In this document: positions 41,436 through 55,189 of the stretch, piece by piece
Layout of the letters: each line of letters begins with the position of its first letter
Numbering within the stretch: the stretch's first letter is position 1
NCBI GenBank assembly: GCA_964057225.1
Contig: OZ059895.1
Location: 15,438,001-15,502,000, forward strand
Length of the DNA: 64,000 nt
Source: Auanema rhodensis
Taxonomy: Eukaryota > Animalia > Nematoda
Reading direction: 5' to 3'
The notes under the pieces: generated by a model
Told to the model about the DNA's origin: nothing
The model's input: the letters and a program-made list of their open reading frames with translations, nothing else
Databases searched by the model: none
Made by a program: the position numbers and the translations under genes

Positions 41436-44400
41436 ATGACGCTTCCGATATTAGCGAAGAAAGTTAAAAAGTTGGCATCGTTCCAACTATTCAACCTCAA
41501 GTTGCTGCTCAATGGAGAATCCAGTAAGTTTTTCCATGTTTTTCTTCTTTTTTTCATAAAAAATTAGCTAAATGTTTGAGAGGAAGAGCGAGAGAAGGAT
41601 CAGTCAGTGAGGTTAACAAGCAACTTCTCACTTCAAGAATTTTGTGATTTCGGCATCTTTTGTTGAAGTTAATGATTATCCATTTTTCTAGTAAAGTTCA
41701 AAGTATTCATTCCGAAAAAAATACGAAAAACTGGATCATATCATCAGCAGCTACAATTGCTGCTGGAACCTGATGTCTTCATAATTGTCGTTGTCATCTA
41801 CGATGACGACGACAACGAGCGACGTCAGCATTGACGACGACATCATCACATCTATGATCGTTTAGTCGTCTGAACGTCGTCGCGACAATATCTTCGTCGT
41901 GTGTCGTCGGTGTCATCGTTGTTGCCGCCGCCGCCGTCGTCGTTGTCGTCGTCGTCGTCGTCATCAGCAGCCACTTCGGCTGGTGGATAGACGCGAGATT
42001 GAAGTCAAATAGTCATCTATGAAATTCATTTTTCTATATTTCTCTATATGTAAGTGTCTGTAAGTGTGTTATGCCAGCTTGAAGCACAGCAATGCTTTGT
42101 TCGAATGTTCGATCAGACGAATCAAGTAAGCTGACGTAAATTCTTCTTCATCTGAAGTCTTTTTCATTTTGCTGGCTTCTGTAACAGTTCTGTTTGACTG
42201 ACTGCTTTATCATCAAGAAACTTGTCAAACAACTGTTCCCGGAAGCTAAAAATTTCGTAATTCGCCCCCTTAAAGTTAGTTTCGCTTCATCCTCCTGCAT
42301 CTGCATGCTTTCAGGTCGTGGTTTTTCAAGATTCAAAAAGAATTACAAGCTTAAAGGAGAGCTTGGTCGTGGCGGTTTCGGCATCGTATACAGAGCCATC
42401 AGAATAGCTGACGATACTCCAGTTGCCGTTAAATTCATTGACAGACGTTCAGTACGTGAATGGGGAAAGGTTAGTTGTGTATGTGTATGTGTGTGTGTGT
42501 GTGTCTATCACATGATACATCATGTGAAGTAGAACCATTTTCCAACATCATCAGCATTTTTCAGATTAATGATGAGCAAGTTCCAATGGAAATCTGTATG
42601 CTAGCTAAATGTTCCAAAATCAAAGGTATTTTAGATAATCAATTCTAATCATTTTATTGATTTTATTGATTTTTCTTCTGAAAAATATATTTAAATCTCC
42701 TTCATCTTAGGTGTAATACGTCTCCTGGATTGGTACAGTATCCCTGAAGGATACCTGATCGTCATGGAGAGACCATACCCATGTGTTGATATGTTTGATT
42801 TCATTAAAGGTCAACAACGATTAGATGAAGATGTAAGCTATTCTATCAATCTCTCTATATACTAGCTAACTATGCTAACTATTCCAATATTCGACGATAT
42901 TCAATTTTCATTTCTATTCATCTGTTTCAGATGGCACGCTTCTTATTCCGTCAGATTGTACAGACAATCTTAGAATGTTCCCATAAAAAGGTTTTACATA
43001 GAGATTTGAAGGTAAGGACGAGGAACTATATTGAAAACGAACTTATTCAGTTTAATTTATTGAAAAACAATCTCAAAATGTGCTTTTCTTTTCCTTTTTT
43101 TTCTTCCAAATCGCACGCCCTTTTTAGTTTTTTTTCTACAAATTTTGAACAAAACTTGTCAAAATTAAGAGAAAGCAAGAGAGAGAGAGAGAAAGAGAGA
43201 GAGAGAAAGAGAGAGAGAGAAAACAGGGGCCACGTTGTAGTTTCGATGACATGACCCATCCTCCAAAAAGAAGAATTGTAAACAAAACGTTGAAAAAACG
43301 AAAATCTTTGATCATATATACCATTTTTACCGCACTTTCAATCATTTTTAAAGAATTCAAATATCAAATTTTTAATTTTTTAAAGAAAAAAAAGATTTCA
43401 AAGACATGATTTGCAGGATGAAAATATTGTTATTGATCTGGTTACGGGTGAAACGAAACTAATTGATTTTGGTGCTTCAACCATCCTCAAGAAATCACAT
43501 TATACAGATTTTCAAGGTAAGACCATATTTTATCTTTTCTTTTTCTTCTTTTATTCCTTTAAAAATCATTATCATCATCAACTTTTCAAGTTATTTGACA
43601 TGATGAGATCAATGGTAATGAACTATCTCATTGTTATTCTTCTACTTCTAACTTCTGTTTCATCTTTTTTCATTTTTGTTTTATGATCTGTGATAAGGAA
43701 CATTGTCTTTTTTTGGCCTTGAAAACTAGAAAGTTCGCATATTTCATAAATTAATTATTTTAAAAAATAGAAGTAAAAATACAAATAGCTCAGCTAGTTG
43801 ATAGCATACAAGTTGTTGATGCGCGTCTTCGGTGTGGTGGAGATGAGGAGATGCCACGACGGCTACTGGTCGTGGTAGAAGTGTGTGTGTGTGGGGGGGG
43901 GGGGAGGATGACGTAAGAAGAATATTCTGTACTAATGTTTGCTTTAATGATGACAATTCATAAAAAAAACATTAGTATAATTTACTTTTTTGCTTTTTAA
44001 ACATAAAAGTATGCGGGAAATGATGATAATGAGTGTGGCTAGCTGGCTAGGCTCAATATGAAAACAGAGCGAGAGAGAGAGGGGGTAAGGATGTGCCTAA
44101 TGGCGTCGAGTAATACAGGGGGAGGCATATGAAGTCTATATGAATTTAGAACAATCCTATCAAATCGTCATCATCTTCTACGAACGAATGTTCTAGAAGG
44201 TTTTTTCCTTTTTTTTTTCAATCACAATCTGCCTATCTGTTCATTGCTTATCGGTCAGATGTCCAGAAGGAGATACTTAGCTCGTGTAATCATCTGCTAC
44301 TGCCCCTCCTATGTCTTCCTTTCTCTCTGTGTGTCAATCCCCCTGCATCCTATAGGTTATGTGGAAATTCATCTTTTTCAAGCCTTTTGCAATGGTCTTC

Positions 44401-45188
44401 AAAGATTTTTTTTCGTCCTTAGCTAGACTATTCTATCTGTCGTTTGCTAGGCCAAAGTGACTGTTAGACGAAAAACGATTGATAGTTAGACGATGAAAGA
44501 CAATCTATTCTCTTTGGTTCCTGGCATTTCATCTTCGAATTTCTCTTTTCTTTATAATTTTTCTTAAAAATCAGATCTTCTCAAACAGACAAGGATGGTT
44601 CTTTGATAATTCCATAACTGATTATTTGCAATAATACATTTTTTTCATTTTCTATCCGTTTTTTGAAAATCAAGAAAAGGAAGAACATTTCGAAATGTCT
44701 GCGAAAATGCATCATGAATCACATCTTCGCTAAAGCCATCTGTACATCCCCCGTATCTTTTCATGAAAAAATGCCTTTAGAATTCTTTTTTTTCGTTGAA
44801 ACTTTTCGTAAATCCTCTCTCCTCACACTACCTTCACATCTCCCACCCCTTGCCAGTTCAGTCGTTAAGCCATATCAATCTTTCAAACAATCTATCTTGA
44901 TGAAAAGATGAGCATGACATGTCTAGAGCCGAATGTCGCTTAGATTATCATCCATTCTATTGTTGTTTCTTAAAATTCTTTTTGGATTTTAAATATTTTT
45001 CAATTCAATAAGTATCCCTTATACATTAATCAATCACTATTTTTTGCAATTTAACATTTTCAATCATTTTATTACGATTTTTAGAAAACGTGTTGACACC
45101 TTTTCTGTAACTGTAATATAGAATATGTGGCTTAAGAGAGTCAATAGTGAAATATAAAGAGAGGGGTGGGGGTTAAATTTTAAAGAGT

Positions 45189-45237
<49 letters not shown>

Positions 45238-47699
45238 CCGTTTTATGCGTGTACAACAACCTAAAATGACACTGATGTGTGGTGAAGACCACGTGATTAT
45301 CACGTGAAGAGACACAGTCATACAACACTACGCATTATGCTAATCAGTTGGAATCAGTAAGCTAATCAAAAGCATAATATATCATTTTGAATGTAAAAAA
45401 GTGATAAATTTGATTCAGTAAACACATATATTGAGCGGTCAAATTGTAAGTTTATGATTTATCATTCTGCTACTACTACTTATATATTAATATTATTAAT
45501 TATAATATATAAATAATATTATGATGTTGCAGATCATTTTGTGTAGTAGATAGATCTTACATTCTTACTCGTTTTACCTCGTTTTAATCCACAGAGAGAG
45601 AGACAGAGAGAGTTTCCATAAATGAAAATATGAAAGAATGAATGAATGAAGGGGGGGGGGGGGGGGAGATGATAAACGTGTAAAATGATTGAGTATAAGA
45701 GAGAATGAAGCGTATAAGATGTTAAAGAACATATATTTACAAGTGATAGTCATGAGGTCGAGATCAAAATGACTGTAATATTTCCTTCAAAACATGAAGA
45801 CTGTCTTCTATTTTTCGTTTCAAGACCTACCATTGTCCTTTGAATTGTTCTGACTTGATGTGTGAGCTCAACATCTATATAAACTATCTTATATATATAT
45901 ATCAGTATAAAGTATATAAATAGTTAAAGAATGTCACATCATCTATTAACTATATACGTATAGCGAACTCGTTTTATTTGTTTTAATACGACTCGGGGCT
46001 CAACTTACATCATATGAAACTAATTATTACTATATCCTGTCCTCATCATTTATCATAAATAAAACATTCTTTTGCCAAATATATACATGATAGACGAGTT
46101 CATGACGCTGATTGTGCCCCGTTAAATTCAGAATTAATAGTTTGATATGTAAAGAGAAAGAGATGTCCTTATCATACATACATAGATCAAATTGTCTAAA
46201 ACATTATTTTTACTTTACACACATACAATACATAACCATCTATTTGAACTTCTATTTTTAGGAACACGTCTGTATTGTCCGCCTGAATGGTTCTTACATT
46301 CTTTGTATTTGGGCAGAGAAGCTGCAGTCTGGTCATTGGGTGTTTTACTCTATAATGCCTTGAATGGACGTTTACCTTTCCGAAATGAGAAAGATATCTG
46401 TACAGCTCATCTGTTAGGGCCATTACCATTCTATGTGCCAGTATCACAAGGTAAGCTTAATCTCGACTACTCACACGAACTTGAGCAATGAAGTTGCTCA
46501 TGCTGGCGAAATGAGATGTTGAAATACCGAAATATCGGCTATATGATGTGCAATAACCAATTGTTTTCCAGAAGCACGTGATCTTGTCTCACGTTGTCTG
46601 GCTTTTGATCCATTTACTCGATGCACATTAGAAGATATTCTCAATCATCCGTGGTGCAAGAAGCAAACTTCCAGTTGGGTATCACTCAGTGCCACAACTA
46701 ATGCTGCTAATACTACACAATCATCTGATGACGAGCATACCGACAAGGAAAAAGATGGTAAGTATGAAGCCTTCTGGCTGTAAAAGCAGAACTCTTCTCT
46801 CTCTATCTATCTCTCTCTCTCCCTATCTAGTAACTCAAAAACTGGCTACATGCTTAGTCGCACATACACATACACACACACACACACACATGAAGCAAAA
46901 ACATTAAGCGTTTCAAATAAGAAGTGCATAGATGTTGTTCTCTCATCATCGTCCATATTCAAATATTCAGATGATGAATTATTTTTTCTCTCACGAAAAA
47001 GGTCAAAACAAACATTTTGATGAACAAAAACATGAATTATAAGCTTGATTTTTCTCTCTCTCTCCCACCTCTCATGATGATGTTGGTGATGTGTGCGTGT
47101 GTCTGATTCGGTAAACAGCCTGAGTTTGAACAATGAAAAGGGAGTTCTCACCTTTGATGCTTTAAAATTAATTTTTTGGCTTCTCCTAATTGAATGAAAT
47201 GACGTAATTTCAAATATTTACAGAGCACAGTGAGGAATTAGAAGAAATTGTGGAAGAAACAGAGAAGGATCATCACGATGAATCAGATGGTCTTCCATCC
47301 AGTGAAGATGAATCTGGAGTCGGATCATCTGCTAGTAGTATCGTCACGAAAGCTGTAAGTACATGGAGCATATCAATGTCGTGACACTGAATCTTCATAT
47401 CATCTGCCTTCACGATCATCATCATCATCTCGCTCTTTCAGAATGCTTTACCGGAAGAAACACGTGGACGATTTTCCAAGACATCGCTGCTCGTACCGCC
47501 ATCATCGGTCGAGCTTAAAGCTGTTGTTCAGCCAGGAAAAACCAAGTCCGTGACGCAAGAGCCAGCCGGTCATCAGCTGAAGCCTAATCGACAGGGCACA
47601 CAACGTCAGCCTCATCAGAATTCTGCCGTTCTCACAGCGCTTCGTCGAGCAATGAGCCGTGAACGAATGCGTCGAGTTGAGATGATGCCACGCGCCTAA
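41436..47699 (+). CDS. prk-2: PIM-family serine/threonine kinase, 10 exons
   Basis: Exons 41436-41523, 42315-42469, 42565-42625, 42711-42832, 42931-43011, 43417-43516, 46262-46450, 46572-46757, 47224-47354 and 47442-47699. Motifs [15 protein letters not shown], hinge [28 protein letters not shown] and REAAVWSLG are PIM signatures. The N-terminal [33 protein letters not shown] matches my recollection of C. elegans PRK-2. Confidence 0.93.
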
Positions 47700-48934
47700 G
47701 CATCTCTGCTAGCCATCTGAGCGACTGTTTTCTGTAAAATTGCTGAACATAACTGTATCTATCAACGTGCTGCATCTCAGATCAGAATGTGTCTTTAGCC
47801 TGATCATTTCTGTCGAAACTTAACTATTCCTGCTTCTCCAGCTTTCCATTTCTACCCACCAGTTCTTTCTCTTGGGCCTCTTCCACCTAATTTCCACACG
47901 CACTTTCATCTGTACATGGCTTTTCTGAATATCCACAGAAATCCATTCAGACATGATCTATTTCGCTTTCATCTCTTTTCCTCTCCTCTCCCTCTCTCCT
48001 ATAACAAGACGTGTAGTTGACGTGCGTAACGATAGGCTATCATGACGATGTCACCATCATCATGAGCAGCCTCATCATCAGACGCTAGATTAATCAAGAA
48101 GTTTGCCTTCTCCTCCTCATCATCATATCCAGCCAGGCATAACATATGGCCATGTTGGCCATTTTCTGTATAGTTAGCTCATATATATATATCTAATATC
48201 TTAATCATATTACATAGTATATGCATTGGTTGTTTGTTTGTTTCATTGAAATCGTAGACGTCATCCGGTGTTAGACATGAGTATCCATCCACCTTCCACG
48301 TCTTCAACTGTATACGAATCTTTTGGATTTCAATCCCAACTGCATTGTAATCTCGTCATTCTATCGAGCATGTTCACTCAATTTTTGTCATTTTTTCTAA
48401 TTCGTTTCAGGAATATTTTCAAATTTTTTAATTTCAAATTACCCAGAATGTCTTCATTCACAACTCTCACGTGTATTTATTTCACTACAAACCATTGTAA
48501 TTCTGATTTGATGTCATCCATAGCCCCTATCCTATCGGTCTCAACTCAACTGCTCTTTCCAGCATTTCACAAAGCCCCCCCCCCCCTCCCCTCCTTCCCC
48601 GCTTCTGTCTCTTCTCTAACATTCTAAGCTATATCATATAGCTGGAAGCTTCATTTGCCCTTCCTCTCATCAAATCAGAAAAACCGATACTTTGTCAGTT
48701 GATTTATTATTTTTTTTATTAAAACTCAGTCACACACCACCCATCACCATTGCACCACATTCACTCGTCGACGTCGTCGTCGTCGTTGTCGTCGTCGTCG
48801 TCGTCGTCGTCATCTGCTTTATTTTGACCACAATATCGTCGTTTTCTCTTCTGATATTCGTGATATCGTTATGTACATATATATTGACTATTCATTCATT
48901 ATGACACAAGTTATATTTGACTAAAAATTTGAAA

Positions 48935-48966
48935 AATAAATATATTTGATTGAAAATTATTTTATT
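48935..48966. terminator. Converging polyadenylation signals of the kinase (+) and the DB-domain gene (-)
   Basis: AATAAA at 48935-48940 (+) and TTTATT at 48961-48966 (AATAAA on -). These are the first canonical hexamers I found after each stop codon. Confidence 0.5.
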
Positions 48967-49363
48967 TTTTTGTTCTTTTACAGAACAAATATTACAAAAA
49001 AAATGAAAAAGAAATAAAAAAGAAAGTAAATTCGCTATATTGGTATGTGTATGTGTACTGCAACACTGTTATCATTACTTATAAAGTAGAGAAGTAAGAA
49101 GACTACTTACATGCGTACAGATAAACAGAGAGAGAAAGAGAGAGAGAGAGAGATAGAGAGGGAGAGAGAGAGATCTCTTCATCTTGTAATAACTTTACTA
49201 TACATACATATATATACATGTATGTATAGTACATTAAAATCAAATTATTTTGTTTTTCTTAATTAAGAGAAAAAACAAGAGAGAGAGAGAGGGAGCTAGA
49301 GAGAGAGAGAGGGGGAAAGAAAGTAAAGAAAGATATTCTGATTCCGAACTTCATAGCATATTA

Positions 49364-49516
49364 TTAAAAATCTTCAACCATGTTATTTGGGCTTTCTACT
49401 GCAACTGCTCCTGCTGATGCTATTGGAATTACTGCGGAATTTTGACCAAATTTCATGTCAGCACGATGTCTGGAAAAAAGAAAATAATAAGTAAAAATAG
49501 TTATTTGGTAAAGAAT

Positions 49517-49550
<34 letters not shown>

Positions 49551-50362
49551 CTCTCTCTCTCAATATCGATCTTTCAACTTACTTGATTTCATCGTAAAAA
49601 CAGCGTTTCATCTGTTCGAATACATCGAAGCAAGGTAAGTAACTTGCATCAAGTGGGGTAAACCTGTGTGCAAAGCATGATTTTCAATAAAAATTTTGAA
49701 AAATGTTCAAACTTGTTGGGACGTTGATCACAGAATGTTAAACACTTCTGTCCAGCTAATGTTGCTCCAACTCCTCTTATCGAACAACACTGAAACATAT
49801 TAAATTAAATTTATTATTATCAATCATCGTATAAACATAAATAATTCAATTTGTACTACTGTTAATCATGCTGATAATGCTAATGCTAATGCTCGTGATA
49901 ATGCTGCTAATACAGCATTATTTAATTCTATAAAAAGCTTTATGATAATGTTGTTGTTCTGTTATCACTGATCATCATCTATTCTTCTTCTTCTTCTTCT
50001 CATCAACTAACCTGTACGTACGTACATCTTCTGATTCTCATCCTCTCACAATGATGCAACCGCTCATTCACTCAGTTATAACCAAAAATGATTATTTTTC
50101 ACGTAAACTCACGTCAAAATGTTCACGTAATCCACGTGGATTAAATAATAATTTTGTCGGTTTTTTTATTCATTTTTTGCATCAAAAAAGAAGAAATTTA
50201 ATTCAAAAACGAAAAAACGATCATGATTATAAAGCAGTCAAATGTTCTTTGAACTTAATCCATTCCAGACACCATCTCCCCTCCCCATCTACCAAATAAT
50301 TCTAGTTTGATTAAATCAATATTTCATCCAAGAAATATGTTTTTTGATGTTTATAAATGTTA

Positions 50363-50393
<31 letters not shown>

Positions 50394-50395
50394 GG

Positions 50396-50427
<32 letters not shown>

Positions 50428-51281
50428 GAGAGATTGACTTGAAAATTTGCAAATACCTCTCGATGATCTATACCCTGAGCTGCACAGTAATGAATCTCAT
50501 TGACAGCTTCAACTGGACATGAATCTTGATTACGGAACATGGATTCAAGCTGCAAATCGCATCAGAATCGAATGTTAGGGATGAATAACTTACTGTCTGA
50601 GAGTTGTATGAGTTGAAATGACAATGCTTCAGACATGAATCTGGGAGACCACGAGATTCACAACATGTGCGAAAGATGAAATTTGGATTCTGAAAGGATG
50701 TGACATCGAATGAAAAATGTAAACATGTCATATACAGTAAGACGGGCTGGACTGAGATTGAGGTGTGATACATCGGTTATGAGTTCAGATGCATGCAGTT
50801 CTGGGGTATGTGCCTGTTCGCCACTGTCATCAACTAGTACACCATCCTAGATACATGGTACATTACATTAGAATGTGTCAGCTATATGATATAGTTTAAG
50901 CGAAAACTTACAATTCGTTTAGTTAAACCAGCTAAAACTCGTCGTCTAGCACACCCGTATTGTCCACATTGATATCCTGGCTGGCAAGCTGAGGCCGGCG
51001 TTCCACCATATCCGCCAGAACCTGCCATTCCACCCGTCGGCATACATGTACCTCCAACGGGAGGTGGAGGACGATGAGACTGTGAACAGCATCCAGATGA
51101 GCCTTTACACTGAAATAGATGGTCATCTCACTGTATCAGACAGCATACAGCGGCAGATATAAGTGGTTATGCCGTAGACAATTGCCTACACACAGATGCT
51201 CAAGGATGAGCCAAAACAAGCCAAACTTACAGCATATAGCACAACAGGTAGACAGATGAGAATGCTGCTAATAGTTAGCAT
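49364..51281 (-). CDS. Secreted DB-module (nematode Cys-rich DB domain) protein, 8 exons
   Basis: Exons 51281-51231, 51109-50912, 50846-50736, 50689-50594, 50549-50457, 49789-49713, 49663-49583 and 49469-49364. Signal peptide MLTISSILICLPVVLYA, Cys/Gly-rich segment, then NPNFIFRTCCESRGLPDSCLKHCHFNSY...CPVEAVNEIHYCAAQGIDHRECCSIRGVGATLAGQKCLTFCDQRP...YLPCFDVFEQMKRCFY. Confidence 0.92.
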
Positions 51282-51362
51282 ATTTCAAACTTTATGCGCT
51301 TAGAAGGCTAAAGCTGTCTCGAGATTCGCAATAATACTAATCGAGACATGAAGTTGAATGCC

Positions 51363-51576
51363 TTTATATACAAGCAAATGGAAGACGGATCTCTTGCATA
51401 TAGTGGCTATGAGAGAAAACACTTGACAAACATCTCCTTTAGGTTATATGAAGTTGAATTACCGTAACATTAAGAGAGCAACCAGTATCCAGCCTAATTA
51501 TCTTTCAAACACTTCAAACTAGGTCCAGCTATAACTCAAGTGGTCAATGAAAAACCACTTAAACTGTATATAAAAA
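51363..51576. promoter_or_regulatory. Bidirectional promoter region with two outward-facing TATA boxes
   Basis: TATATAAA on the minus strand (51370-51363) and TATATAAAAA on the plus strand (51567-51576), inside the 420-bp gap between the two DB-gene start codons. Confidence 0.65.
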
Positions 51577-51701
51577 CCAAAAAAGAAACTTAGATCAGCT
51601 TTACTACTACAAGCTTCATTCACCTAAAACTCAGCTTCTTCGTCGTCGTCGTCGTCTTTTTCTTTTTTTCGTTCCTTTTTAGAACAAAAAGAGAGAAAAT
51701 C

Positions 51702-52755
51702 ATGAAAAACCTTACAGCATTTCTGGTCATCCTATTGGCCGTCACGAATATTGTTGATGCGGTAAGTGCAAAAGCAACCTATGCTTATGTAATTTTCAAC
51801 AACAAAAAACGTATTTTCGTTGTAAAACCATTAAAATTTAAAAAAATTTCAGTGTGGATCCAGTGGATCATGTGGATGTTGCGGTTGTCGAGCAAAAGCT
51901 AAAGCTCGTGCAGCTAAAACAAGTGCTGTTGTAAGTTTCATAAATATGTTTTTGATATAAAACACATAATTAAAGGATTTGGAAGATTTTGATGAAAGAG
52001 ATGATGGCAATATATTTGGATTATCCATTTGGAATAATACGAAACTTCAAGATGATCTAGAGAATAAAGATCGTGTAACGGTTGGTTTGTTGCCCCTGCA
52101 TCTTCCTGTCTCGTTGCCTCCCCCTCCTTCCCCCCTCCCCCCATCCTTTCCACGATTCTTCGCCTTCTCTTCGCATTCATCCATTTCTTCTCCTCAGTTT
52201 CCATATAGTAGCAATCCAGATTCTAATGTATTCAGAATCCTAATTTCCTGTTCCATCGTTGTTGTGAGGAACGACGTTTACCTGCTGCTTGTATTCAACA
52301 ATGCCATTTCAATGCATTTACAAGAGATGTTGTAAGTAACTTCTTCGTTATATGTCGTTTTTTGCAGTTTTTCTTCTTATTTTGATGCAAAAATGACAAA
52401 AAATTAATGTTTTTAACTGCAAAAATGTGCTTAAACCATGATTAATTCATTTATTTTTCATATTTAGCTTCAAACCATCTTCCTTGGAAACCATAACTGC
52501 CCTATGGAATTCTTGGCAGAAATGCAGTTCTGTGCTGCTCAAGGAATGGATCATCGACGAGTACGTGGATTGCAAATTCAGAAACGAAAATCTTAAAAAT
52601 CCGCTTGTAGTGTTGCTCAGCTCGTGGAGTATCAGCAACTCTTGCTGGATCAAAGTGCTTAACATTCTGTGACCAACGTCCGGATCTCTTTACTCCAATA
52701 GACTACAGTTATGCTCCATGCTTTGAGAGGTAAACAGCGACGAGACAGCTAATTA

Positions 52756-52819
<64 letters not shown>

Positions 52820-52965
52820 ACTTTAAAAAAATATTAATTTTCAGATTTGAAAGCATGAAACGCTGCTTCTATGAAGATGTACGTGTAGCTGCTGAACGTC
52901 GATTCATACCGATGCTCGAAGAAGAGAGAAAATCAGCTGTCAAGCAGTCAGAAGATGAAATATAA
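51702..52965 (+). CDS. Secreted DB-module protein, paralogue of the adjacent minus-strand gene, 7 exons
   Basis: Exons 51702-51761, 51853-51930, 51976-52080, 52236-52331, 52468-52560, 52611-52729 and 52845-52965. Signal peptide MKNLTAFLVILLAVTNIVDA, CGSSGSCGCCGC, then NPNFLFHRCCEERRLPAACIQQCHF...CPMEFLAEMQFCAAQGMDHRRCCSARGVSATLAGSKCLTFCDQRP...YAPCFERFESMKRCFY. Confidence 0.92.
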
Positions 52966-53295
52966 CAGAAAGAAAATCATAAAAGTTTATTTATTATCAT
53001 TCATGTATTCTTTATTATATATCTATATATAGTAAAATAATATAAATATTTATTTATAAATATATTTTTGAAAAAAAAAAAATTTTTTGAATTAAAATAA
53101 AAAGATTGACATGCTTGCATGTGCCAGCTGTGGTTGTCGTTTTTGACGCCCAAAAAAAACGATAAAAACCAAGTTTTCTCTTACGAATAGCAGAAATTTA
53201 ATGAAAATAAAATATAAAACTATGAAAAGAAGTTGTATGATCTCGAGGGAAAAATAAAAAAAAACATAAAACTTCAATGACACATTAGAGAGAGA

Positions 53296-53331
<36 letters not shown>

Positions 53332-53684
53332 CAAGTAATTAACAGAAATACTATTACTATGACTTCGTTTTGTTCTTCTTCCCTTTTCTATGTCTCTCTC
53401 TCTCTTTAGCTTCCTTAGGCTTAGTCAGAGTATTCTCTGTATCTTCTACATAGTAAGCTGTATAGCAATAGGCAAAGCTGTAGCCCAAGAAATTGCTCAT
53501 ATGAGGCAATAGTTACAACATGGATCTGCTGTCTTCAATATTCTTCTTCTTCTTCTTTTTCTTTTTTTTTTGTTGGAAATTTAGCTGTTTCATCCTAAAG
53601 AATAAACTAAACGTATAGATGAATATGTACATGAGTTAAGTCTAAGAATTTCTTGTAAATTTGGCTGAAAGCATCTCTCTCTCT

Positions 53685-53728
<44 letters not shown>

Positions 53729-55118
53729 TAAAGAAGTTAAAGCTTCAAATAGCTTTCATCTACATAGCTCTACCAGCTAAACGATGATGCAATTATTGTT
53801 CTGAAAATGAACTTTTGTTCTCTTTGAAAACAGATGATTTAATAGATTCTCTTATGAAAAAAGAACTGTTTTTACAATTTTTCATCAAAATATAAAGTTC
53901 AATTGTTGTCTTTTGAGTAATAACTAATAAAATATAATCAATAATCACCCTTTTTGGTAATAATTTCCTTAAGGTTAACCCTTCTCATCTCTCTCTCTCT
54001 CTCGTCCTCTCTCTATTCTGCTTCCCTCCCACCAGTTGCTCTTTCTCTCTCTGTTCTTGAAACTTTTTTTTAGAATGACTTGTTGACTAGCGAATAGAAT
54101 ATATGATGAAATTTTTTTCCTCATTACCTTTATAGGGTTCTTCTTTACTCTTCTGCTTCTCTCTCTCCCTCACTCCCTCTCTCTATATCTTTCTCTCTCT
54201 CTCTTTACTATTTTCTACAGAAAAAGCTAAGTAATAGGGCAAGAATAGATAACTAAATGACTAAACCGGAAACAAAAAAAGAAAGAAAAAGGAAAGGTAA
54301 AAGATTCAATTACAAACATCGTTTTAGTTCTCAATCTCAAAAGTTAACATTGTTTGCTGCAACTGGTGCTGCTGCAACGATGGTTGTGAACGTCATTTCT
54401 CTTATAACCTTAAACAACCTCTCCACGCCCTCTCTTTTGCTCTCTCTCTATATCTCTCTCTCTCTCTATCTCTCTCTCTCTTCCTCTCTCTCTTTATCCT
54501 TATTCATATTTCAAACTTCCTAATGCTTTTTCCATTTTCCACTTCAAAATTATCAGAAAAACTTAACTTCTCTACATGCCCATATGATGTGCCACATTCA
54601 GATATCTCTCTTCAATTTTTACATTTTTCCATTTTTTTCTGAAAAAAACATGAACGACTATAGAATTTGTGAATTTACTAAATACTTTTCTGTACAATTT
54701 TCTAAGTTTTCGATCATAAAATGTAAAAATGAGCTCATGCTCATCAAGTTTTAAGCCTTTATCTCGATCGAAGAACAACTATTCATCATATTTCGATTCA
54801 CATTCTCATTGTAATTTGAAGATAATTCAATGAGTTGCAAATCTTTTTTTTCTTTCAATCTACTACGATAGCATTTCCGATTTGTTCAATTCATTTTAAA
54901 TAAGTTGAAGTTTTTTCCGCGCAAGTTTTATGCTCATGCTGCTCTCCCCCTCTTTCTCTCTCTCTGTCTCTCTCTTTCTTTCTTTCTCTCTTTGTCCTCT
55001 TCTTTCAGTTTATTTCAATGTTTTCTTATAAATATTTCTTAGTTTCCTGGTTAAAGTCATTATTATCATTATTATTGAATCTTTTATAATTCTTTTATTG
55101 ATCAATTACTTGTATATC

Positions 55119-55152
55119 AAAGTTTATTCAAGTTTAAACTTGAATAAACTTT
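55119..55152. repeat. Perfect 34-bp palindrome
   Basis: AAAGTTTATTCAAGTTT|AAACTTGAATAAACTTT: 17-bp arms with no spacer. Confidence 0.95.
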
Positions 55153-55189
55153 AATCTTAATTATATATTTGATGATATTATTATAACAG

